Below, in pieces: positions 38,153 through 46,892 of a stretch of 64,000 nucleotides of DNA (the stretch's first letter is position 1; each line of letters starts with the position of its first letter). The translations under genes were made by a program, and so were the position numbers. Source of the stretch: Bacteroidetes bacterium GWB2_32_14 (GTDB lineage Bacteria > Bacteroidota > Bacteroidia > Bacteroidales > UBA12077); the NCBI GenBank assembly GCA_001768235.1, contig MENK01000024.1, forward strand, positions 84,468 to 148,467, given 5' to 3'. The notes beneath the pieces were generated by a model, which saw only the letters and a list, made by a program, of their open reading frames with translations, was not told the DNA's origin and did no database searches.

Positions 38153-40516
38153 TTGATAACTAATTCAGGAAATAAAAAAGGAAAAACAAAATATAGTTTC
38201 GTTAAGAACTTTTTTGTAACTGTAGTTTTTCTTTTGTTTAGCATGTTCATTTGTGCTCAACAGAATAAAACCGATAGTTTACTTTTGTTATTCCAATCAG
38301 CAAAAGATAATAGAAAGGTTGATCTTTTAAATGAACTATCAATTTCATCCCGTAATATTTCGTTAAATAAATCACTCGATTATGCCAACCAGGCAATTGA
38401 TTTAGCCCTGAAAATGAACTATAAATTTGGCGAAGCCGATGGGTATAAAAATAAAGGAGTAGTTTACTTTATTCAAAATAAAAATACCGAAGCTTTAGCT
38501 GAATATGAAAAATCATTACATCTTTTCAAGCAGGAAAAGAATAGCGCTAAAGTATCTGCCCTTATGAATAACATAGCTAACATATATGTCAGGCAGGGCG
38601 ATTATGAAAAAGCATTAACAAATTATTTAGAAGCAGCAAAAATAAATATCGAAACAAATAAACAGGAAAGTGTCGCGAATATTTATAATAACATTGGCAT
38701 GGTTTATAATAAATGGGGTAAAAACGAGCAGGCTTATGAATATTATAATAAATCGCTTGATATTAATAAAAAACTAAATAATAAATTAGGAATTGCTGCA
38801 GCATTAAATAACATTGCTTTGATTTTAAAGAATTGGGGACAGTTCGAGAAATCACTCGGGTATTTTCAGGAAGCTGTAAAAACCAACGAAGAAATTGGCG
38901 ATAAGATTGGCATTGCAAGATGTTTAAGTAATATGGCCCTTGTATATTTAAGCCTGGGGCAAGACAAAAAAGCTTTGGAACTCAATTTACAATCTCTCGA
39001 GTTAAAAATGGAGCTTGAAGATAATCAGGGAGTTTTATTTTCATATTCTGGTATTGGAGATATTTATTACAATACCGGGGAGTTTGAAAAAGCACTCGAA
39101 TTTTACGAAAAGTCTTTAAATACAGCAATTCAATCGAACAGTAAAGAATATATCATTTTATCAAATACGGATATCGGGGATACTTATTTCATGGTTAAGA
39201 ACTATTTAAAAGCCCTTGAATATTATGGAGATGCAATTCATATAGCCGAAAAAATTAAAAGCAACCAGAACATAAGTGTTATACGGAATAAAATAGGTAA
39301 CTGTCAATTCGCGATTAATCAATATAATAGTGCCGGGCAAAATTATTTATACAGTTTGAACCTGGCAAGAGAACTTAACCTGGTAAGTTTAATTGAACAA
39401 AACGCTTACGATTTATCTGTTCTGTATGCCAAAACAAAAAATTTTGAAAAAGCATATCAATATCAGACAGAATATATCGAAATTCATACAAAACTTTTTA
39501 ATGAAAATACACAAACCAAGATATCTGAGATACAAACAAAATACGAAACCGAAAAAAAAGAGAAAGAAATTATTGAGTTAAAATCGAAGCAGGTTAAAGT
39601 GAAACAGCAAAATCTTTATTATTATACAGGATCAATACTTGTTATTTTTATCATCATCATTATATTTCTGCAAAACAGGTACCTGATAAAGAAAAAATCG
39701 TTAAATATGCTCGATCAAAAAAATATCTTGCTCGAAAAAGCAAACCAGGACTTAATTCTTGCTAAAGAAAAGGCACAAGAATCGGATCGTTTAAAAACAG
39801 CATTTTTAACGAATATTTCTCACGAGATTCGAACTCCCATGAATGCAATTATTGGTTTTTCCGAATATATAACCGATAATGATATAGCCGAAGATGAGAA
39901 GAAAGAACTGTTTAATTTAATTCGTATAAACAGCAATGTTTTGTTAAGTTTAATTGATGATATTCTTGATGTTTCCCTTATTGAAACAGGCCAATTAAAA
40001 ATTAAAAATGAAAAAGTATCATTGGAGAAATTAATGGAAGAATCTTACCTCCTGGTTAAAGAAAACAAAAAGCTTAAACAATCGCGTATTGATTTTACAT
40101 ATTATATTGACAATCAATTAAAAGGAGCCTGTGTTATTTCAGATCCATTCAGGTTAAAGCAAATATTGGTTAATTTACTCGATAATTCAATAAAATTCAC
40201 CGATTCCGGACAAATATCCTTTAGTTGTAAGCTTATTGATAATGAGTCAGGTAAAATTATCCAGTTTAGCATTGATGATACAGGAATAGGCATTGATAAA
40301 AAATATCACGAAATGATTTTTGAACGTTTTTTTAAAGTTCCTTCAAACAATACAGTTATTTATCGCGGTTCAGGAATCGGGTTATCAATTGCTAAAAGCC
40401 TTATAAACCAGATGAAAGGGCAGGTATGGCTTCGTTCTGAACCCAATGTTGGTACATCATTTATTTTTACAATTCCTTATATTGAAAGTTCGCAAGCGAA
40501 TGAAGTATTGAATTAA
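38153..40516 (+). CDS. TPR-repeat sensor histidine kinase (extracytoplasmic TPR array, one TM, HisKA, HATPase)
   Basis: TTG start and signal-like N-terminus. About 9 TPR-like repeats (A..Y...L.I....G) precede a TM segment (ILVIFIIIIIFL). The H-box TAFLTNISHEIRTPMNAI is canonical, with NLLDNSIKF, DTGIGI and GSGIGLSI boxes. Confidence 0.85.
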   Translation: MITNSGNKKGKTKYSFVKNFFVTVVFLLFSMFICAQQNKTDSLLLLFQSAKDNRKVDLLNELSISSRNISLNKSLDYANQAIDLALKMNYKFGEADGYKNKGVVYFIQNKNTEALAEYEKSLHLFKQEKNSAKVSALMNNIANIYVRQGDYEKALTNYLEAAKINIETNKQESVANIYNNIGMVYNKWGKNEQAYEYYNKSLDINKKLNNKLGIAAALNNIALILKNWGQFEKSLGYFQEAVKTNEEIGDKIGIARCLSNMALVYLSLGQDKKALELNLQSLELKMELEDNQGVLFSYSGIGDIYYNTGEFEKALEFYEKSLNTAIQSNSKEYIILSNTDIGDTYFMVKNYLKALEYYGDAIHIAEKIKSNQNISVIRNKIGNCQFAINQYNSAGQNYLYSLNLARELNLVSLIEQNAYDLSVLYAKTKNFEKAYQYQTEYIEIHTKLFNENTQTKISEIQTKYETEKKEKEIIELKSKQVKVKQQNLYYYTGSILVIFIIIIIFLQNRYLIKKKSLNMLDQKNILLEKANQDLILAKEKAQESDRLKTAFLTNISHEIRTPMNAIIGFSEYITDNDIAEDEKKELFNLIRINSNVLLSLIDDILDVSLIETGQLKIKNEKVSLEKLMEESYLLVKENKKLKQSRIDFTYYIDNQLKGACVISDPFRLKQILVNLLDNSIKFTDSGQISFSCKLIDNESGKIIQFSIDDTGIGIDKKYHEMIFERFFKVPSNNTVIYRGSGIGLSIAKSLINQMKGQVWLRSEPNVGTSFIFTIPYIESSQANEVLN

Positions 40517-40798
40517 CAAAATGTTAATCCAACTTTTATTAAACAATTCAGTAATTCCAATTACATTTACAAATTGTTAAGAAAATAGAATAATGAAATA
40601 TTCATGCAAAAAATTGCACGAAACGAAGATGAATAAGTTTGAGAAAATGCGTATTAGAAAAGATATGCATGGATATTAGCGGCCAGCTTGTGTTTAGTCT
40701 GTGTGAGGGAGCCTGCCTGCCGCCAGGCAACAAAAAACGACAACGAATGACTTTGTATAATAAAATAAACAATCTAAACATCACAAAAACATATACAG

Positions 40799-42568
40799 AT
40801 GAAGAAAAGAATATTAACAGGTTTCATACTTTTATTTAGTATTTTACACTTTATTTGCTATAGTCAGAATAAACCTGCCGGGTATATACTTAAAATAGTT
40901 GAAACAAGCGATGTTCACGGAGCGTTATACAATTATGATTTTATAAACGATACGAAAGCCAAAACATCATTAGCACAAGTAGAAACTTATATTAAGTCGC
41001 AAAAAACAAATCAGGATATTGTTTTAATGGATAATGGTGATATTATACAGGGTCAACCCGTGGTTTATTATTCTAATTATAAGAATACTTCAGATACCCA
41101 TATTGTTGCAAAAATGCTGAACTACATGAATTATGATGTTGCAACAATTGGTAATCACGATATTGAAGCAGGGCATGCTGTTTACGATAAACTCGTGAAT
41201 GAATATAAATTCCCGTTGCTTGCAGCAAACGCGATAAGAACCGATAACGGGAAACCTTATTTTAAACCATACACAGTTATTAATCGAAAGGGTTATAAAA
41301 TAGCTGTTTTGGGTTTAATTACCCCGGGAATACCCGACTGGCTTCCTCAGGAACTATGGCAGGGAATTGAATTTGAAGACATGATTGAATCAGCAAAAAA
41401 ATGGGTTCCAATAATACTTGAAAATGAAAAACCTGATCTAATGATTGGCTTATTTCATGCAGGCTTTGATTTTACTTATTCTAACTCTGATGAAAATACA
41501 TTTAAAAACGAAAATGCTTCTGTTCTGGTAGCTAAACAGGTTCCCGGTTTCGATATTATTTTTATCGGGCACGACCATCGCATGTGGAACGAGAAAATAA
41601 AAAACAGTATGGGTAAAGATGTATTTATTCTTGGCCCACAAGGCTCATCCCGGCAAGTAACCGCTGCAACGATTAATTTTTCAACAAATGAAAAAGGACA
41701 AACAGAGAAAACAATAAAAACAGAAATTGTTGAAATTTCGAATTACAAGCCTGATTCAATATTTATTAATCAATTCAAAAAAGAATTTGCTGAGGTAAAA
41801 GATTATGTTTCAAGGCCTATTGGTCAATTTGAAAAAACGATTCTAACAAATGATGCAATATTTGGGCCATCCATATTTATTGAACTTATTCACCAGATTC
41901 AGCTTGACATTACACATGCCGATATTTCATTTACCGCACCATTGTCATATAACGATACGATTAAAAAAGGCGTGGTTTATGTTCGCGATATGTTTAAATT
42001 ATATAGATTTGAAAATTTTCTATATACAATGAATTTAACGGGAACCGAAATCAAAAACTATCTTGAATATTCATACAACTCGTGGTTTAATACTATGAAA
42101 GATGAAAATGATCATATCCTCATTTTTAAATCAGATAGTGTTGGAAATCCTGTTTATAATGAAAAAAATAAAAGTTATACCCTGAAAAATAATTTCTACA
42201 ACTTCGATGTAGCAGCCGGAATAAGCTACATCGTTGATGTGTCAAAACCATTTAATCAAAAAATCAGTATTAACTCAATGAGTAATGGTGAACCATTTTA
42301 TGCAGACAGTGTTTATACTGTTGCTATTAATAGTTACAGGGGAAATGGAGGGGGAGGATTATTAACTTATGGTGCAGGACTGGACAAAGAAGAAATAACT
42401 AAGCGGAGAATGAGTTCGACAGATAAAGATTTTCGGTTTTACATTATGCAGTGGATTGAAAAAAATAAAATAATTAATCCTGATTTTAACCCGGGATGGT
42501 ACGTTATACCAGAACTGTGGTGGGGCAAAGCGGTTGTTAAAGATAAAAAAATGTTAAATGTAAAATAA
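40799..42568 (+). CDS. Secreted bifunctional metallophosphatase / 5'-nucleotidase (UshA-like)
   Basis: Signal peptide, calcineurin-like motifs (TSDVHG, DNGDIIQG, GNHD, GHDH) and a C-terminal 5'-nucleotidase-like domain. Confidence 0.85.
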   Translation: MKKRILTGFILLFSILHFICYSQNKPAGYILKIVETSDVHGALYNYDFINDTKAKTSLAQVETYIKSQKTNQDIVLMDNGDIIQGQPVVYYSNYKNTSDTHIVAKMLNYMNYDVATIGNHDIEAGHAVYDKLVNEYKFPLLAANAIRTDNGKPYFKPYTVINRKGYKIAVLGLITPGIPDWLPQELWQGIEFEDMIESAKKWVPIILENEKPDLMIGLFHAGFDFTYSNSDENTFKNENASVLVAKQVPGFDIIFIGHDHRMWNEKIKNSMGKDVFILGPQGSSRQVTAATINFSTNEKGQTEKTIKTEIVEISNYKPDSIFINQFKKEFAEVKDYVSRPIGQFEKTILTNDAIFGPSIFIELIHQIQLDITHADISFTAPLSYNDTIKKGVVYVRDMFKLYRFENFLYTMNLTGTEIKNYLEYSYNSWFNTMKDENDHILIFKSDSVGNPVYNEKNKSYTLKNNFYNFDVAAGISYIVDVSKPFNQKISINSMSNGEPFYADSVYTVAINSYRGNGGGGLLTYGAGLDKEEITKRRMSSTDKDFRFYIMQWIEKNKIINPDFNPGWYVIPELWWGKAVVKDKKMLNVK

Positions 42569-42576
42569 TAAAACGA

Positions 42577-43653
42577 ATGATAAGAATAGCATCACTGCTT
42601 TTACTTTTAATTATATCGAATGTAAATATAAGAGCACAAGTTAGTAATCCACGATCACAAAAAACAGCAAAAAATATAATTTTATTAATTGGCGACGGAA
42701 TGGGAGTAAGCCAGATATATGCAGCGATGTCTGTATCATCCAAAACATTAAACCTGGAACAATTTAAGGTTATTGGTTTTCACAAAACATACTCTGCAAA
42801 CGATTATATAACCGATTCCGGGGCTGGTGGTACTGCTCTTTCAACAGGAGTTAAAACATGTAATAACTGTATTGCTACCGATACATTGGGAAACCCTTTA
42901 AAAACAATACTCGAAATAGCCGAAAAAAACAATAAGGCTACCGGCTTAATTTCAACAAGTTCAATTTTACATGCGACACCTGCATCGTTTATTGCCCATG
43001 TTAAAAGCCGCAATAATTTAGAAGATATTGCCACCTGGTTTTTAAAAACAGATATTGATTTATTTATTGGTGGCGGACGCAAACAATTTATTTGCAGGAA
43101 AGATGGCTTAAATTTATTCGACTCACTTTTAGAGCGCGGCTATTTTATTACAGACAGCTTACATAAAATTCAAAACAATAAATCTGCTAAGTATGCCGTA
43201 ATAACAGCGTATGAACACAACCCCAAATATTCAGAAGGAAGAGGCGATCTTTTACCCGATGCTGCTGAAAAAGCAATTCAAATTCTTAGTGAAAAAGAAA
43301 ATGGTTTTTTCCTGATGATCGAAGGTTCCCAAATCGATTGGGGCGGGCATGATAATGATATTAACTATGTTGTAACTGAAACTATAGATTTTGATAAAGC
43401 CATTGGAAAAGCTTTGGAATTTGCAAAAAAAGATGGTGAAACTCTTGTAATTGTAACTGCCGATCATGAAACAGGCGGCTTAACATTGGTTGATGGTAAT
43501 ACTGATAAAAAAATTACAGCAAAATTTTCTACCGATAATCACACAGGAGTTATGGTTCCAGTATTTGTTTATGGCCCGGGGGCAGAAAATTTTGGCGGAA
43601 TTTACCAAAATACCGAAGTATTTAATAAAATGATGGATGCCTTTGGATTTTGA
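42577..43653 (+). CDS. Alkaline phosphatase (PhoA family), secreted
   Basis: Signal peptide, LLIGDGMG, the active-site region TDSGAGGTALSTG, WGGHDND and VTADHETGG. Confidence 0.85.
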   Translation: MIRIASLLLLLIISNVNIRAQVSNPRSQKTAKNIILLIGDGMGVSQIYAAMSVSSKTLNLEQFKVIGFHKTYSANDYITDSGAGGTALSTGVKTCNNCIATDTLGNPLKTILEIAEKNNKATGLISTSSILHATPASFIAHVKSRNNLEDIATWFLKTDIDLFIGGGRKQFICRKDGLNLFDSLLERGYFITDSLHKIQNNKSAKYAVITAYEHNPKYSEGRGDLLPDAAEKAIQILSEKENGFFLMIEGSQIDWGGHDNDINYVVTETIDFDKAIGKALEFAKKDGETLVIVTADHETGGLTLVDGNTDKKITAKFSTDNHTGVMVPVFVYGPGAENFGGIYQNTEVFNKMMDAFGF

Positions 43654-43812
43654 TTTTTAAAATTTGATTCTGTTTCTTATTATTTCCTTCTGTAATATTA
43701 TCTTTTTGTATGTTTTTTCAATACTAAATTATAGTATGGTTATTAACATATTATTTTTTGCATGTTTTATGCCTGTTGATTAATATTTATTGTCTTTTTA
43801 AGATATTTTAAA

Positions 43813-43820
43813 TAGTTTTG
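43813..43820 (+). promoter_or_regulatory. Candidate Bacteroidota-type -7 promoter box (TAnnTTTG)
   Basis: TAGTTTTG lies 36 nt upstream of the ATG at 43856. An ATTG about 20 nt further upstream could act as a weak -33 element. Confidence 0.35.
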
Positions 43821-43855
43821 ATGAATCTTTAAACCCAGACAAAAAATAACGTATT

Positions 43856-44728
43856 ATGGAATTTCAACCATCTGAATTGATAATTAATAAAGATGGAAGT
43901 ATTTTTCATCTGAATATACTTCCTGAAGATATTGCCGATGATATTATTCTTGTTGGTGATCCCGGGAGAGTAGAAACTGTGGCAGGTTTTTTCGATTCTG
44001 TTGAATTAAAAAAACAGAACCGTGAATTTTATACAATCACGGGGAAGTATAAAAATAAACGAATTTCTGTAATTTCAACAGGAATAGGAACCGACAATAT
44101 TGATATTGTTGTTAATGAGCTTGATGCACTTGCAAATATTGATTTAAAAACCCGTTCACCGAAAAAAGAACATCGTACGTTAAATCTTGTACGTATTGGT
44201 ACGTCGGGATCACTTCAAAAACATGTTCCTGTTGACTCTGTATTAATGAGTACACGCTCAATAGGATTCGATGGATTATTAAATTTTTATGCCAATCGGA
44301 ACTCAATATCAGATTTAGAATTTGAAAGCGCATTTAAAAAACACGTGAGTTGGAATGAACTTCTGCCTTCGCCATATGTTGTAAACGCTTCTGAAAATCT
44401 AATTAAAAAATTCGAAAATAATTCTATTATAAAAGGCATTACCATTTCGGCTCCCGGGTTTTATGGGCCTCAGGGCCGTCAGCTGAGATTGAAAATTGTT
44501 GACCAGGATATTAACGATAAAATTGAAACATTCGAATTTAAAGGCCAGAAAATAACCAACTATGAAATGGAAAGTTCTGCTATTTTTGGGTTGTCAGGAT
44601 TATTAGGCCATAATGCGATAACCCTTTGTGCAATTATAGCAAACAGAACTTCTAAAGAATTTAGCAAAGATTATAAACCAGTAATTAAAAACCTGATCCA
44701 GTTTGTTTTGAAAAAAATTGCGGATTAA
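43856..44728 (+). CDS. PNP/UDP family nucleoside phosphorylase (uridine-phosphorylase-like)
   Basis: LVGDPGRV, VSTGIGTDN, RIGTSGS and NYEMES, the motifs of nucleoside phosphorylase family 1. Confidence 0.8.
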   Translation: MEFQPSELIINKDGSIFHLNILPEDIADDIILVGDPGRVETVAGFFDSVELKKQNREFYTITGKYKNKRISVISTGIGTDNIDIVVNELDALANIDLKTRSPKKEHRTLNLVRIGTSGSLQKHVPVDSVLMSTRSIGFDGLLNFYANRNSISDLEFESAFKKHVSWNELLPSPYVVNASENLIKKFENNSIIKGITISAPGFYGPQGRQLRLKIVDQDINDKIETFEFKGQKITNYEMESSAIFGLSGLLGHNAITLCAIIANRTSKEFSKDYKPVIKNLIQFVLKKIAD

Positions 44729-44781
44729 TTGGTGGTTGGTGAATAGTGGTTCAGAACGCTTGCGGCAGTGATTTGAGATTC

Positions 44782-44806
44782 ATAATTTATAATTTATAAT
44801 TTATAA
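44782..44806. repeat. Tandem heptamer (ATAATTT) x ~3.6 immediately upstream of the 44809 GTG start
   Basis: ataattt ataattt ataattt ataa, read directly. It creates three phased TATAAT-like strings. Confidence 0.8.
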
Positions 44807-44808
44807 AG

Positions 44809-45672
44809 GTGGCTATTGACAGTAAAATAAAAGCTTTATTGCATTTGTTGGACGATCCCAACGAAGAAGTTTTTATGCATGTATCGAAAAACCTTTTGAA
44901 TCAGGGTGTTGAGATTATCCCTGAATTGGAGAAAGTTTGGGAGACATCTTTAAACCAAATCCTACAAGAACGAATAGAAAACCTTATCCAGGGAATTCAA
45001 TTTGTATCTGTTCAAAACCTTTTAACGAAATGGAAAAACGAAGGTGCTGCAAATATTCTTGAAGGAGCATTTAATATTGCAAAATACCAATATCCCGATT
45101 TAAAACTCGAACAGGTTGAAAAACAATTCGAAAATTTAAAACGGGATGTATGGCTCGAAATTAATAATAACCTCACAGCACTCGAAAAAACAAGGGTAAT
45201 AAACCATGTGTTTTATGAAATACATGGTTTCTCGGGGAATAGTTCAAATTTTTATGCTCCGCAAAATTCATACATTAATCTTGTTCTTGAAAATAAAAAA
45301 GGAAACCCGTTAACCCTGGGAATTATTTATATTGCCCTGGCACAGAATCTCGATATACCGGTTTATGGAGTGAGTATGCCAAAGAATTTTATTCTTTCAT
45401 ATATCGACGAGTATAATATTGGTTTATTAAAACAAAACGAAGTATTATTTTATATTAATCCCTTTAACAAAGGTGCCGTTTTAGGTAAACGCGAGATCGA
45501 TTATTTCTTAAAGCAACAAAAACTGGAGCCTGATAAATCATATTACAGCCCTTGTACAAATATTGAAGTTATTAAAAAGTTAATACTTAATTTAATATAC
45601 TCTTATGAAAAATTAGGCTACCCGGAGAAAGTAGATGATATGAAACAATTGTTCAACATACTACAGGACTAA
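44809..45672 (+). CDS. Transglutaminase-like / SirB1-N-terminal-domain family protein
   Basis: GTG start. The central GNPLTLGIIYIALAQNLDIPVYGVSMPKNFIL resembles the transglutaminase-like fold of the UPF0162/SirB1 family. Recognised by eye only. Confidence 0.55.
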   Translation: MAIDSKIKALLHLLDDPNEEVFMHVSKNLLNQGVEIIPELEKVWETSLNQILQERIENLIQGIQFVSVQNLLTKWKNEGAANILEGAFNIAKYQYPDLKLEQVEKQFENLKRDVWLEINNNLTALEKTRVINHVFYEIHGFSGNSSNFYAPQNSYINLVLENKKGNPLTLGIIYIALAQNLDIPVYGVSMPKNFILSYIDEYNIGLLKQNEVLFYINPFNKGAVLGKREIDYFLKQQKLEPDKSYYSPCTNIEVIKKLILNLIYSYEKLGYPEKVDDMKQLFNILQD

Positions 45673-45732
45673 TAAGAATAGGAGAGGCGCTTGCAAAAAA
45701 TGATGCATTAGCATAATACTTTTTATTCACAG

Positions 45733-45740
45733 TAAATTTG
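45733..45740 (+). promoter_or_regulatory. Candidate -7 promoter box (TAnnTTTG) for the Wzz-like gene
   Basis: TAAATTTG lies 18 nt upstream of the ATG at 45759. It overlaps the TTG that the ORF track used as a start. Confidence 0.35.
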
Positions 45741-45758
45741 ATTAAAAACAAAAATAAT

Positions 45759-46580
45759 ATGACAACTGAAAAAAGAAACGATGAGATTGATTTAATAGAA
45801 TTGTTTTTAAAAATATATGTATTTTTTAAAAAACATTTCTGGTTTTTATTTATTTGTGCATTTATTGGTGCGGGAATAGGATATTCAACTAAGTTTTTTA
45901 CAAAAAAACATTATGAATCAACTATGATAATGAATTCAAATACAATACCTGAAAATTTCTTAATAGAATATATCAATAACCTGAATAGCATTATAAAAGA
46001 TAAAAACTACATGTATTTAAGTAAAAAAATGATGCTCGATTCAAATTTGTTGCTTTCAATAAATGAAATTAAAGCTGAAAGTGCTTATGATGAAAAAGAA
46101 AAGAAAAATCTTGGTTATGTTACAGTCTCGGTAAAAGTAGCTAATAATCAAGTTCTTGAACAATTAAGCAAAGGCATGTTAAATTATATTGCTGACGAAA
46201 CTTATGTAAAGAATGAAACAGAGATTTTTATTGAACAAAATACTGCTTTAATAGAAAAAATTGATGAAGAAATTAAGAAGTTAGAAATACTTCAAACAAG
46301 TTTATCAAAGCCCGTGCAAAATAGTGGTGATGTTAATATTTATAATGATCAGAAATCTTTTCAGGATGAACTTCTTTCTCTTTTAAAAGAAAAACAAAGC
46401 AGGGAAAAGCTTCTAAAATTTACGGTGCCATTCCGGATAATTCAGGATTTTACTATTTACCAGAAACCTGTAAGAAAAACTGTAACTTATACTTTATCCG
46501 GAGGTTTCCTTTTTGGATTTATTGCTTTGTTCTATTTAATCTTTAAAAATTTGAATAAACAAGTTAAGGATTTGGAATAG
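45759..46580 (+). CDS. Polysaccharide chain-length-determinant (Wzz-like) protein
   Basis: An N-terminal TM segment (FWFLFICAFIGAGIGY), a long helical periplasmic region and a C-terminal TM segment (GGFLFGFIALFYLIF). The N-terminal DEIDLIELF is typical of Wzz. The ATG at 45759 is preferred over the TTG at 45738. Confidence 0.6.
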   Translation: MTTEKRNDEIDLIELFLKIYVFFKKHFWFLFICAFIGAGIGYSTKFFTKKHYESTMIMNSNTIPENFLIEYINNLNSIIKDKNYMYLSKKMMLDSNLLLSINEIKAESAYDEKEKKNLGYVTVSVKVANNQVLEQLSKGMLNYIADETYVKNETEIFIEQNTALIEKIDEEIKKLEILQTSLSKPVQNSGDVNIYNDQKSFQDELLSLLKEKQSREKLLKFTVPFRIIQDFTIYQKPVRKTVTYTLSGGFLFGFIALFYLIFKNLNKQVKDLE

Positions 46581-46723
46581 CTTTGCTATTATTATCATTA
46601 TTGTAACGTGAGTTCGATATAACCCTGATTTATTTCAAATATATTTTAATGTTTATGCTCCAGAGGCTTGTCTGCTTTTGGCAGGAGTACAATCTTTATA
46701 GAAAAATTATCTTGTTTATATCG

Positions 46724-46771
46724 GCGCATCAGTACTATATAGTTCTATGGTACAAAGTTTTCTTGATGCGC
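46724..46771. other. GC-clamped hairpin 1 in the convergent intergenic region
   Basis: GCGCATCA (46724-46731) pairs with TGATGCGC (46764-46771) across a 32-nt loop. The 10-nt direct repeat ATGGTACAAA occurs at 46747-46756 and 46773-46782. Confidence 0.4.
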
Positions 46772-46823
46772 AATGGTACAAATACAAAATAGTTGAGAAT
46801 CATTACTCATTGATATATACATA

Positions 46824-46878
46824 GCGCACCACATACCTGATTTCCATTTAAAAATTCGTGGTTGGTGCGCTTTTCTTC
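46824..46878 (+). terminator. GC-clamped hairpin 2, a possible terminator in the wzz / fnlC convergent gap
   Basis: GCGCACCA (46824-46831) pairs with TGGTGCGC (46863-46870) across a 31-nt loop, then ttttcttc. The large loop makes it atypical. Confidence 0.3.
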
Positions 46879-46892
46879 ATTAATCTAATCTT

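Noticed and set aside
40602-40839. Two mutually overlapping 60-66-aa ORFs in the leader of the 5'-nucleotidase gene
   Set aside because: They have no signal, motif or start context. They arise from the local GC-rich island, which I treat as a possible RNA or DNA element instead.
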